In this document: piece after piece, positions 31,253 to 39,848 of the stretch | How the letters are laid out: every line of letters starts with the position of its first letter | Position numbering within the stretch: the first letter of the stretch is position 1 | Assembly (NCBI GenBank): GCA_964449145.1 | Contig: CAYUYF010000001.1 | Location: 64,166 to 128,165, forward strand | Direction: 5' to 3' | DNA from: an uncultured Gemmatimonadaceae bacterium | Lineage (GTDB): Bacteria > Gemmatimonadota > Gemmatimonadetes > Gemmatimonadales > GWC2-71-9 | DNA: 64,000 nucleotides | Position numbers and translations under genes: made by a program | The notes under the pieces: generated by a model | What the model saw: only the letters and a program-made list of their open reading frames with translations | The model's database searches: none | Told to the model about the DNA's origin: nothing

Positions 31253-33124
31253 ATGGACCTCTCCCGCTACGCCGCCCTCTTCGTCACGGAAAGCCGCGAG
31301 CAACTCGGCACCTGTGCGCAGGCGCTGCTCGAGTGGGAGCGGCACCCGGGGGCGGCGGAGCCGGTCGTCAGTCTGTACCGCGCCATGCACACGTTCAAGG
31401 GCATGGCGGCCGCCATGGGCTATTCCAACCTGACCGAGCTGGCCCACCGGAGTGAGTCGGTGCTGGATCTGCTTCGGAGCGACCCGGCCTCGGGCCGGGA
31501 ACTGATCGACCTCTTCTTCCGGGTGGTGGACGCCCTTGAGCAGGGCGCCTCGGTCGCGGTGGAGGGCGGGGACGCCGATCTGAAGTTCGGGCCCCTGCTG
31601 GCCGAGCTGGATGAGGCATCGGTCGCCGCCGCGCCGACGGGCAGCTGGGCCATCCCGGCGCTGGCGCCCCCGGTGGTCGCCGCAGCGGCGGAAGTCACCC
31701 AGGCCGGTCGCGAGGTCCGGGTGACCATCAACCCGGGTGCCACGATGCGCGGGGCCCGCGCGCTGCTCGCGTTGCGGAAGGCGGAGGCCCTCGGGACGGT
31801 CAGCGGCGTGCGCCCCGGGGTCACCACCTTTGATCAGGACGACTTTGACGGGCGGTTCCGCTTTGAGTTGGCGAGCCCGGCAACCGATGCCGCGGTGGCG
31901 GCGGTGATCCTCACCGCCGGCGACGTGCTCGCGGTCGAGTTCGCGGCTGCCGAGGAAGTCGGACGGGGCCAGGGCGCCTCCGAGCGCAGCCGGCAGATCC
32001 GGATCGACCTGCGGCGACTGGACGCGATGATGAACCAGGTGGGTGAACTCGTGGTCGCCCGCGGCCGGCTGGTGGAGCTGGCCGAGCAGGGCGATTCGCC
32101 CGAGCTCAAGGCCGTCGCGGCCCGGATCGGACGGGTCACCAGTGACCTGCACGGCGAGGTGACGCAGGCCCGTCTCACCCCGGTGTGGCAGGTGTTCGAC
32201 CGGTTCCCCCGGGTGGTCCGCGACCTGGCCCGGCAGCTCGGCAAGCGAGTCCGGTTCGAGGTGGAGGGAGAAGAGACCCAGCTGGACCGGGCCCTTCTGG
32301 ATGAGCTGGGCGAGCCGATGATTCACCTGCTCCGCAACGCCATCGATCACGGAATCGAGCCGCCTGCCGTGCGGAAGGCTCGGGGCAAGCCGGAGGAGGG
32401 CCTCATCCGGATCACGGCCTCCAGTGACCGCACCACGGTCCTGATCCGGATCAGCGACGACGGCGCCGGCATTGACCGGAGCCGGATCCTGGCCAAGGCG
32501 GTCCACGGTGGCCTGGCGACTCCTGAGACCGCCGACCTGACCGACGAGGACCTCCTGCGCGTCCTGGCCCAGCCGGGGTTCTCCACCGCAGAGGTGGTCA
32601 CCGACGTGTCAGGACGGGGGATGGGGATGGACGCCGTGGTCTCCCGGCTTCGGTCCATCGGCGGGGCGGTGGAGGTGACCACGGCCCCGGGACGGGGCAG
32701 CGAGTTCACTCTGCGTCTCCCCATGACGCTGGCGATCGTCCGGGTGCTGCTGGCCCGGGTCGGGGCGGAGCGGTACGCCATCCCGCTGTCGGGGATCGCG
32801 GAGACGGTCGAGTTCCGCTCCGACCATGTGGCGGCCCTCGAGGGCCGGGAGGCGTATATCCTCCGCGACCGGCTGGTGCCGACGGTGCGCCTGCGGGACC
32901 GCCTCGGGGCCACCGGGGAACGGCCGCCCGGGCGCTCCCCGGCGGTGATCGTGGAGGTCGGAGAGCGCCGGGCCGTCGTGGTGGTAGACGCGGTGCTGGG
33001 GCAGCAGGAGATCGTCGTCGAGCCGTTCGACGCGCCGAAGGGGATGTTGCAGATGTTCAGCGGAGCCACGATACTCGGGGACGGCGTTCCTGCCCTGATC
33101 GTCGACCCGGCCGCGCTGGTCTGA
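31253..33124 (+). CDS. cheA: Chemotaxis histidine kinase CheA
   Basis: 623 aa. HPt 'LYRAMHTFKGMAAAMG', dimerisation 'RIDLRRLDAMMNQVGELVV', N-box 'HLLRNAIDHGIE', G1 'DDGAGID', G2 'SGRGMGMDAV' and a C-terminal CheW-like P5 domain ('ERYAIPLSGIAETVEF'). Confidence 0.95.
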   Translation: MDLSRYAALFVTESREQLGTCAQALLEWERHPGAAEPVVSLYRAMHTFKGMAAAMGYSNLTELAHRSESVLDLLRSDPASGRELIDLFFRVVDALEQGASVAVEGGDADLKFGPLLAELDEASVAAAPTGSWAIPALAPPVVAAAAEVTQAGREVRVTINPGATMRGARALLALRKAEALGTVSGVRPGVTTFDQDDFDGRFRFELASPATDAAVAAVILTAGDVLAVEFAAAEEVGRGQGASERSRQIRIDLRRLDAMMNQVGELVVARGRLVELAEQGDSPELKAVAARIGRVTSDLHGEVTQARLTPVWQVFDRFPRVVRDLARQLGKRVRFEVEGEETQLDRALLDELGEPMIHLLRNAIDHGIEPPAVRKARGKPEEGLIRITASSDRTTVLIRISDDGAGIDRSRILAKAVHGGLATPETADLTDEDLLRVLAQPGFSTAEVVTDVSGRGMGMDAVVSRLRSIGGAVEVTTAPGRGSEFTLRLPMTLAIVRVLLARVGAERYAIPLSGIAETVEFRSDHVAALEGREAYILRDRLVPTVRLRDRLGATGERPPGRSPAVIVEVGERRAVVVVDAVLGQQEIVVEPFDAPKGMLQMFSGATILGDGVPALIVDPAALV

Positions 33125-33134
33125 GGAGGCTCGC

Positions 33135-33755
33135 ATGGACGACGTGAGGGAACTGCACGCACTGCAGCGCGACGCGCTCCGGGAGGTTGCCAATATCGGC
33201 GCCGGGCACGCCGCGACGGCCCTGTCCCAGCTCACCAACCGGCGCATCATGATCTCGGTGCCGGAGGTCAACATCGTCCGGCTCGAGGAAGTTCCGGAGA
33301 TCCTCGGCCGGCCGGACGAGGTCGTGGCCGCCGTGCTCATGCACATGATGGGCGACCTCACCGGGCGTACCCTGGTGCTGTTCCCGGAAGCCTCGGCCCG
33401 CGAGCTCTGCGATATCCTGCTGCGCCGCGCCCGCGGCACGACCACGACCTTCGAGGAGATGGAACAGTCCGGGCTGAAGGAGGTGGGGAACATCCTGTCC
33501 AGCGCTTACATGAACGCGCTGTCGGACTTCATGGGGATGATGCTGGTGCCGTCGGTCCCCAGCCTGGCCATCGACCAGAGCGGGGCGGTGCTCACGTCGA
33601 TCTACATGAACTTCGGCTACGATCGCGACTACGTGTTCTGTGTGGAGACGCGTTTCCTTTTCGAGGATCCGGGGCTCACTCTCCGGGGGCACTTCCTCCT
33701 GCTTCCCGATCTCGCCAGCCTCCGGGCCATCTTCGACGCCATCCGCCTTCCCTGA
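33135..33755 (+). CDS. cheC: CheC-family CheY-P phosphatase
   Basis: 206 aa with the duplicated ExxN active-site motif: 'LREVANIGAGHAATALSQL...P' and 'LKEVGNILSSAYMNALSDF...P'. Confidence 0.8.
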   Translation: MDDVRELHALQRDALREVANIGAGHAATALSQLTNRRIMISVPEVNIVRLEEVPEILGRPDEVVAAVLMHMMGDLTGRTLVLFPEASARELCDILLRRARGTTTTFEEMEQSGLKEVGNILSSAYMNALSDFMGMMLVPSVPSLAIDQSGAVLTSIYMNFGYDRDYVFCVETRFLFEDPGLTLRGHFLLLPDLASLRAIFDAIRLP

Positions 33756-33762
33756 GGGCCTC

Positions 33763-36456
33763 GTGACCGGGCCAGCGTTGTCCGATCGCGACCTGAGCGT
33801 CCTCCGGTCCTTCGCCCGCCGGATCGACCCGGCCGACGCAGGCGCGCACAACAACCTCGGCGTTCTCTACTATCAAAAGGGCCTCGTCCCCGAGGCCATC
33901 GAGGAGTTTCTCCGGGCCATTGAACTGGACTCGCGCATGCAGGTGGCGCGGGAGAACCTGGAGATCGCCTATTACGCCACCGGCTATTACGACCGCCGGA
34001 TGGCCGAGCTGCGCGAACGCCTGCGCCGGGATCCGCTGGACACCGAGGCGCGCTGGGCCCTGGGCCGCACCGCGGCCGCCCTGGGGCAATGGGACGAGGC
34101 CGCCGCCGCGTTCGTGGAACTGCTGGAGCGGAACCCGGAAAACGTCCCCGCGCTGCTGCAGCTGGGTCTCGCCGAGCGGGGACGGGGCCAGTTCGAGCAG
34201 GCTACCATCGTGTTCGAGCGGGCCCGGAGCCTCGACCCCACCAGCCCGATCACTCTCTTCCATCACGGCGAAGTCCTCTACAATCGCGGGCTGTCCGACC
34301 AGGCGCGGCAGGCCCTCGAGGAGGCGGTGGGGCGCAATCCCGACTACGCCGATGCGTTCTACCTGCTGGCCTTCGTCTACGGTGATCTTGGGTTGCACGA
34401 GGAAGCCCGCGTGGCCACCGCCCGGGCCACTTCGCTCAACCCGACTCTCGGTCGGGCCCAGAGCAACCTCTCCCTGACCCGCTACGAGGGGCTCTCCGAC
34501 AATGGGCCGGGGAGGGGTGACCAGGCCCGGCGGCCCGCGCCGAGGCCGCAGGTCGTCGAAGGGTCTGGGCTGGCCCATTTCAACCTCGGGCTCGCCTTCC
34601 GCCAGAAGGGGTACTACGTCGAGGCACTGCGGGAATACCGGCTGGCGCTCGAGGCGGGGGAGGACGGCCGGCTGGTGCAGCAGGCCATGGCCGAGGTGTA
34701 CCTGCTCCGGCGCGACCTCGCGGCGGCCCTCGAGATCTACGACGCCCTGCTGGCGGAGGACAGCGCGTCACCCAAGCTCTGGAATGAACGTGGGGTATGC
34801 CTGCACCAGTCGGGACGGCGGGACGACGCGGCGGCGTCGTATCAGCAGGCGGTGCTCGTGGATCCGGCGTACGCCCTCGCCTGGAACAACCTGGGGGTGC
34901 TGCGCACGCAGGAGGCCGAAGGCGACGGGGCGCTGGAGGCGTTCCAGCAGGCGCTCAAGTTCCGGCCCGGACTGGCGGCCGCGCGCCTCAACCTGGCCCT
35001 CGCTCTGTTCAACCGCCGCCGCCTGCAACTGGCCCTCGAGGCCTACCGGCAGGTGCTGTCGGAGCAGGCCGGTAACGCCACCGCCTGGAATGGGGTCGGG
35101 CTGGTCCTGGTCGAACTCAAGCGGTTTGAGGACGCCCGGCACGCCTTCTCCCGCGCCGTCGAGGCCGACGCCGCCAACGCCTCCGCCCACTACAACCTCA
35201 GCTTCACGCTCAGCCACCTCGGCGACTTTGATGGCGCGTTGCGCGCCACCAAGCGGGCCCTGGAACTGGAGCCGTTCTACGTGGCGCAGAAGTACGCCTT
35301 GACCCTGGACCTGCAGTACGAGCATCCGGAGATCGCCGTCGTCCCGGAGATCTCGGCGGATATCACCGCCGATCATGTCGGGGAGGAGTTCCTGTTCGAT
35401 CCACGGCTGCTGGATCGGGTCTTCGATGAGCTGGAGCCGGTCGAGCGGCATCCCGGCACGCCGGTCGAGGACGCTCTGGCGCTGGCGGCAGACTACATCG
35501 GGAAGGGCTTTCTCGAACTCGCGGCTGTTGAGGTGGAACGGGCCCTGGCCCGCGGCGCCGCCCCCGGCCGAGCCACCACGCTCCTCGGTCAGATCTTTTT
35601 CCGCCGGGGTCTCCACGGCGAGGCGCTCGAGCGCTTTCAGCAGGCCCGGGCCCTCGATCCGGCCGATCCCCAGTCGGTGCTCGGGGAGGTGCAGGCGCTG
35701 CTGGCGCTGGGGCGGGCCGCGGAGGCGTCCGGGAGTGCGGAGCTCCTGCTGCGGCTGGCGCCGGACGACGTCGAATCACTGGTGGCCGCGGCGCGAACTC
35801 GCCTGGCCTGCGGAGATACCTTCGACGCGCGCCAGGTGCTTCGTGAGGCCCGAATGCTTGCCCCGGGACGCTCGGACCTGCTGCACCTCGAAGCGGGCAT
35901 CGCAGAAGAGCACGGCGACCTGTCCGGCGCCGTGGAGGCGATCCACGGCGCGCTGGAGCTGGACCCCGGGATTCCGCAGGTCTGGCGCGACCTGGGACGG
36001 CTGGAGGAGCGGCGCGAGAACTGGGTGGCCTCACGGCTGGCGTACCAGCGGGCCCTCGATCTCCTCCCAACCTATATGGAGGCAGCCCTGCCCCTGGCGG
36101 ACCTGCTGCGGCGCACCGAATCGGCCCGGGCCGCGGTGGACTTCCTGGTGGATGTCCTCATGGCGGAGCCGTGGGACCTGGACGCGCTGCTGCTGCTGGC
36201 CCGCGCGCTGCTGGACGATGGCCGCGCCGACGAGGCCCTCCAGGCGGTGGAGCTGGTGCTCAAGTTCGATCCGCAGAACGAAGCCGCGCTCTTCTACCGC
36301 GGCGTGGCCCTGGCGCGTAACCGGCGCTACGGGGAAGCGGTCCGCACCTGGGAGCGGGTCGTGCAGGTCGATGCGGCGGGCCCCTACGCCCAGGCGGCCA
36401 GGGTGCATGCCCGATCCGCCCGCGACTTGGCGCACATCTTTGCCGGGGCGGCCTGA
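33763..36456 (+). CDS. Large tetratricopeptide-repeat (TPR) protein (about 897 aa)
   Basis: Many TPR units, e.g. 'AHNNLGVLYYQKGLVPEAIEEFLRAIELD', 'AFYLLAFVYGDLGLHEEARVATARATSLNP', 'AWNNLGVLRTQEAEGDGALEAFQQALKFRP' and 'AHYNLSFTLSHLGDFDGALRATKRALELEP'. GTG 33763 lies 7 nt after the cheC stop. Confidence 0.8.
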   Translation: MTGPALSDRDLSVLRSFARRIDPADAGAHNNLGVLYYQKGLVPEAIEEFLRAIELDSRMQVARENLEIAYYATGYYDRRMAELRERLRRDPLDTEARWALGRTAAALGQWDEAAAAFVELLERNPENVPALLQLGLAERGRGQFEQATIVFERARSLDPTSPITLFHHGEVLYNRGLSDQARQALEEAVGRNPDYADAFYLLAFVYGDLGLHEEARVATARATSLNPTLGRAQSNLSLTRYEGLSDNGPGRGDQARRPAPRPQVVEGSGLAHFNLGLAFRQKGYYVEALREYRLALEAGEDGRLVQQAMAEVYLLRRDLAAALEIYDALLAEDSASPKLWNERGVCLHQSGRRDDAAASYQQAVLVDPAYALAWNNLGVLRTQEAEGDGALEAFQQALKFRPGLAAARLNLALALFNRRRLQLALEAYRQVLSEQAGNATAWNGVGLVLVELKRFEDARHAFSRAVEADAANASAHYNLSFTLSHLGDFDGALRATKRALELEPFYVAQKYALTLDLQYEHPEIAVVPEISADITADHVGEEFLFDPRLLDRVFDELEPVERHPGTPVEDALALAADYIGKGFLELAAVEVERALARGAAPGRATTLLGQIFFRRGLHGEALERFQQARALDPADPQSVLGEVQALLALGRAAEASGSAELLLRLAPDDVESLVAAARTRLACGDTFDARQVLREARMLAPGRSDLLHLEAGIAEEHGDLSGAVEAIHGALELDPGIPQVWRDLGRLEERRENWVASRLAYQRALDLLPTYMEAALPLADLLRRTESARAAVDFLVDVLMAEPWDLDALLLLARALLDDGRADEALQAVELVLKFDPQNEAALFYRGVALARNRRYGEAVRTWERVVQVDAAGPYAQAARVHARSARDLAHIFAGAA

Positions 36457-36459
36457 ACC

Positions 36460-37608
36460 ATGGCAATCGAAGGCCCGCTCAAGGAACTCAGCATTCACGA
36501 TGTCTTCCAGCTGCTCGATCTGAGCCGGAAGACCGGCACCCTGCGGGTGGCCTCGGACCTCCGGCAGAACGCCGGGACGGTCTATTTCGAGGACGGCATG
36601 GTGACCGGTGCCGAAATCCGCAGCAACCCGTTCCCCCTGGGGCGCCTGCTGATGCGTGCCGGGAGGATATCAGAGGCCGCCCTCACCGAGGCCCGGGAGG
36701 TGCAGTCGAAGGGTGATCGACGGCGGCTGGGGCAGATTCTGCTCGAGCAGGGACTGGTGAGCGCCCGCGACCTGGCCCGCGTGGTCCGGCAGCAGATCGA
36801 GGAGGTCGTCTTCGAACTCGTCGGCTGGTCGGAGGGATATTTCGCCTTTGAAGAGGGCAAGCGAGGCGATTGGCCCATGGAAGCGGAGCTGCGGGTGGCC
36901 ACCGGCGCCTTGCTCATGGAGGCGGCGCGCCGCACCGACGAGTGGTCCCGCATCGAGAAGAAGATTACCCATCTTGGGCTGGTCCCGAAGCTGTCCCCCG
37001 TGCACGACCAAGGCACCCCGCTCGACCTGCTCCCGGGTGAGTGGGAGCTCCTGGCTGTCATTGACGGCGAGCGCTCGGTGCGGGAGCTGGCCTCGGTGCT
37101 GGGCCGCCCCGAGTTCGAGATCGCCAGAGTCCTCTTCGGGTTGGCCACCGCTGGCATTATCCTGCTTGAGGATCCGGCCCGCCGCGCCATGGAAGCGCTC
37201 GGCGGCGCCGATCTCCCGATTCTGCTGGGCGAGGTGGATCAGCTGCTCGGTGCCGGCGACCCCGACGCCGCCGCCCAGGCAGCCCAACAGGCCGTGACCG
37301 GCCACCCGGAGGAGCCCCTGGCACACCTGGCGTATGGTCGGAGTCTCCTCGCAGCCGCCCGTCCGGCGGAGGCCTCCGAAGCGCTGTGGCAAGCGGTGCA
37401 TCTCGACGCCGAGTCCGCGCCAGCCCAGCGGCTGTTCGGGTTGAGCCTGGCGGCAACGGGCCGGTTCCGGGAGGCGGCCCAGGTGTGGGAACAGTGGAGA
37501 CGACTGGCAGCCAAGGCGCCCGAGGAAGAGGCCCAGGCCGCCGCGGTGGAGCGGGTGCGGCAGGCTGCGCTGGCGCTGGACCTCGCGCTCAGGGGATCAC
37601 GTGACTGA
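36460..37608 (+). CDS. PATAN/DUF4388 domain protein with helical insertion and C-terminal TPR-like region
   Basis: 'GPLKELSIHDVFQLLDLSRKTGTLRVAS...GTVYFEDGMVTGAE' is the DUF4388 signature. It is followed by paired 'LGRLLMRAGRISEAAL'/'LGQILLEQGLVSARDL' helices (GspE-N-like), then 'GYFAFEEG'. The C-terminus has TPR-like helices. Confidence 0.8.
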   Translation: MAIEGPLKELSIHDVFQLLDLSRKTGTLRVASDLRQNAGTVYFEDGMVTGAEIRSNPFPLGRLLMRAGRISEAALTEAREVQSKGDRRRLGQILLEQGLVSARDLARVVRQQIEEVVFELVGWSEGYFAFEEGKRGDWPMEAELRVATGALLMEAARRTDEWSRIEKKITHLGLVPKLSPVHDQGTPLDLLPGEWELLAVIDGERSVRELASVLGRPEFEIARVLFGLATAGIILLEDPARRAMEALGGADLPILLGEVDQLLGAGDPDAAAQAAQQAVTGHPEEPLAHLAYGRSLLAAARPAEASEALWQAVHLDAESAPAQRLFGLSLAATGRFREAAQVWEQWRRLAAKAPEEEAQAAAVERVRQAALALDLALRGSRD

Positions 37609-38431
37609 CGACATCCGTGCGCTCAGCGCCCAGTATGCCGCCGACCCGTCGAGCCTGGTCTTCCTGCGACTGGGCGAGGCGCTCCGGCAGCGGGGGCAGA
37701 CCGACGCCGCGCTCAAGGTGGCCGTCCAGGGCCTGTCCCGGTATCCCCACCTGCCCGACGCCCACGACCTGTACGCCCGTATCCTCGCCGACCGGCGGGA
37801 CTATTCCAGCGCCTTCGACGAGTGGGACACCACCTTGCGGCTCTCCCCCCATCATCTGGGCGCGCACAAGGGCATCGGCTTCCTGTACTACCGGGCCGGC
37901 GAGCAGGAGCAGGCGCTGTATCATCTGCGGCTCGCGGTCTCGCTGGACCCGGAGGATCCCGGCCTGCGCCAGGCGGTGGAGCGGGTCGCGGGCGGCGGCG
38001 AGATCTGGGACACTCCCGCACCCGAGGTACCCGCACTCGCCGGCCCGGCGCCCGACAGCGCCACCCCGGTGCTCGCCGAGACGTTCGCCGGTCTCGAGGG
38101 CTCGCAGGACCGGCTGCTGCTGGTGGATCAGGATGGACTGCGGCTGGGCGGCGGCCTGGCCGCGCCTGACGGCCGCAATGTCAGCGATGAGGCTGCGGCC
38201 ATGCTGGCCGGCACTACCCGGGAGGCGGGTCGCGCGGCGCGGTTGCTCGAGCTGGGCGACTGGGGACACCTCACCATCGAGGGTGCTGAGGTCAGCGCCT
38301 GCCTGCTCAACCCGACCGGCGATACCAGCCTCCTCGCCGCGATGGATGCGGGTCTGCCGGCCGGCCAGCTGAGTTTCTTCGCCGAGCGCGCCGCGAAGGC
38401 GGCGCGCAGCTGGCTGGAGCGGGTCCGATGA
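37601..38431 (+). CDS. TPR - Roadblock/LC7 fusion protein
   Basis: The N-terminus has TPR units ('LVFLRLGEALRQRGQTDAALKVAVQGLSRYP', 'AHKGIGFLYYRAGEQEQALYHLRLAVSLDP'). The C-terminal ~110 aa, 'LLLVDQDGLRLGGGL...AAAMLAGTTREAGRAARLLELGDWGHLTIEGAEVSACLL...LLAAMDAG', fit the Roadblock pattern. 8-nt overlap with the upstream gene. Confidence 0.7.
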   Translation: MTDDIRALSAQYAADPSSLVFLRLGEALRQRGQTDAALKVAVQGLSRYPHLPDAHDLYARILADRRDYSSAFDEWDTTLRLSPHHLGAHKGIGFLYYRAGEQEQALYHLRLAVSLDPEDPGLRQAVERVAGGGEIWDTPAPEVPALAGPAPDSATPVLAETFAGLEGSQDRLLLVDQDGLRLGGGLAAPDGRNVSDEAAAMLAGTTREAGRAARLLELGDWGHLTIEGAEVSACLLNPTGDTSLLAAMDAGLPAGQLSFFAERAAKAARSWLERVR

Positions 38432-38775
38432 CCGCCCATTTCGCCTCCCTGCTGGAGGCGCTCACCCGGCTCCGCGGCATCCGTGGCGCGCTCGTGGTCT
38501 CCGGCTCGGATGGGCTGGTCGTGGCGGAATCGCTGATTGGCGGGCTCAAGGGTGGCCCCCTCGCCGCGGTGGCGGCCACCCTGGCGGGGCGGGTCGCGGA
38601 GCTCTCCGGCCGCAGCGGATTCGGGACGCCCCGCTTCATGCATCTGCAGGCTGTCGATGGCGCCCTGCTGGTGGTCCCGGCCGGAGACCTGCTGCTGGTC
38701 GCGGTCGCGGGACGCGACGTCGCCATCGGTCTGCTGCGCCTGGAAATGCTCCGCACGGCGGAGCGGCTGCGCTGA
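38428..38775 (+). CDS. Roadblock/LC7 domain protein (MglB/MglC-like paralog)
   Basis: 115 aa: 'IRGALVVSGSDGLVVAES...LAAVAATLAGRVAELS...MHLQAVDGALLVVPAGDLLLVAVAGRDVAIGLLRLEMLRTAERL'. 4-nt overlap upstream. Confidence 0.8.
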   Translation: MTAHFASLLEALTRLRGIRGALVVSGSDGLVVAESLIGGLKGGPLAAVAATLAGRVAELSGRSGFGTPRFMHLQAVDGALLVVPAGDLLLVAVAGRDVAIGLLRLEMLRTAERLR

Positions 38776-39239
38776 TGCAGGCCGTCGAACCGTGGGTGAT
38801 CCCGCCGCTGCGAGCCTTCGTGGCGGAGTCGTCGGCCCGGCTCGCCCTCCTGATGACCTCCTCGGGACAGGTCGTGGCGCAGCATGGCTTCGTGGGCGCG
38901 CTGGACCTCATGGCCGCGGCCGCCCTGGGCGCGGGCATCGTGGCGTCCAGCACCGAGCTCGCTGTGCAGGTCGGCTGGGCCCCGTTCCGGACGGTGGCCC
39001 ACCAGGGCCAGCGCCAGGCCCATTTCCTGGCGTGGTTCGATACGCCGCGGGGCCGCTGGGTGGCGCTGGTGGTGTTCGGCAACGAAACCAAGCTGGGGCT
39101 GGTGCAGGTGTTCTTCGATCAGCTGGTGCAGGAACTGGCCGCGGCCGCGCCGGTGGCAGATGAACCGCGCCGGGAAGTGCTCGCCGCGGACTTCGAACGG
39201 GAACTCAACGCGAGCCTCCGGTCGCTCTTCGGACGATAG
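38775..39239 (+). CDS. mglB: MglB-like Roadblock protein (best candidate for the MglA GAP)
   Basis: 154 aa, immediately upstream of mglA as in Myxococcus. 'WVALVVFGNETKLGLVQVFFDQLVQEL' parallels M. xanthus MglB 'VLVVIFDNRTSLGLVRLRIKKASDEL' (recalled sequence). It has a C-terminal extension ending '...LNASLRSLFGR'. Confidence 0.65.
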   Translation: MQAVEPWVIPPLRAFVAESSARLALLMTSSGQVVAQHGFVGALDLMAAAALGAGIVASSTELAVQVGWAPFRTVAHQGQRQAHFLAWFDTPRGRWVALVVFGNETKLGLVQVFFDQLVQELAAAAPVADEPRREVLAADFERELNASLRSLFGR

Positions 39240-39242
39240 CCC

Positions 39243-39848
39243 ATGTCCCTCGTCAACTTCACCACCCGCGAGATCACCTGCAAGATCGTGTACTACGGCC
39301 CGGGGCGTTCCGGGAAGACCACGAACCTGCAGTACATCTACGGCCGCGTGCCCGAGGCCCGCCGGGGCCGGATGGTCAGTCTCGCGACCCAGACGGACCG
39401 CACCCTGTTCTTCGATTTCCTGCCCATCGATCTGGGGGTCATCAGCGGATTCACCACCCGCTTCCAGCTGTACACCGTGCCGGGGCAGGTCTACTACAAC
39501 GCGACCCGCAAGCTGGTCCTGCAGGGCGCCGATGGCATCGTGTTCGTGGGGGACAGCCAGGCCCGCCGGCTGGAGGACAACATCGAGAGTCTGCAGAATC
39601 TGCAGTCCAACCTGCTGGCGCAGGGGGTCGATGTCCGCAACTTCCCCGTCGTCCTGCAGTACAACAAGCAGGATCTGCCGGCCGACCTCATCCTCCCGCC
39701 CGCCGACCTCGACGACGCGCTCAACTTCCGGGGCTACCGCAGCTTCCCCGCCGATGCGGTGCGCGGGGCGGGGGTGTTCGAGACCCTGAAGGGCATCTCC
39801 GAACTGGTGCTCAAGCGGCTGGCCGCCGGCGGCGCCGGAGCGGCCTGA
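39243..39848 (+). CDS. mglA: MglA, Ras-like small GTPase (mutual gliding-motility protein A family)
   Basis: 201 aa, close to M. xanthus MglA along its whole length. Contains '[25 protein letters not shown]', '[11 protein letters not shown]' (intrinsic Arg), '[12 protein letters not shown]' (the MglA-specific TxxGQ switch II in place of DxxGQ) and 'LQYNKQDLP' (NKxD). Confidence 0.93.
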   Translation: MSLVNFTTREITCKIVYYGPGRSGKTTNLQYIYGRVPEARRGRMVSLATQTDRTLFFDFLPIDLGVISGFTTRFQLYTVPGQVYYNATRKLVLQGADGIVFVGDSQARRLEDNIESLQNLQSNLLAQGVDVRNFPVVLQYNKQDLPADLILPPADLDDALNFRGYRSFPADAVRGAGVFETLKGISELVLKRLAAGGAGAA

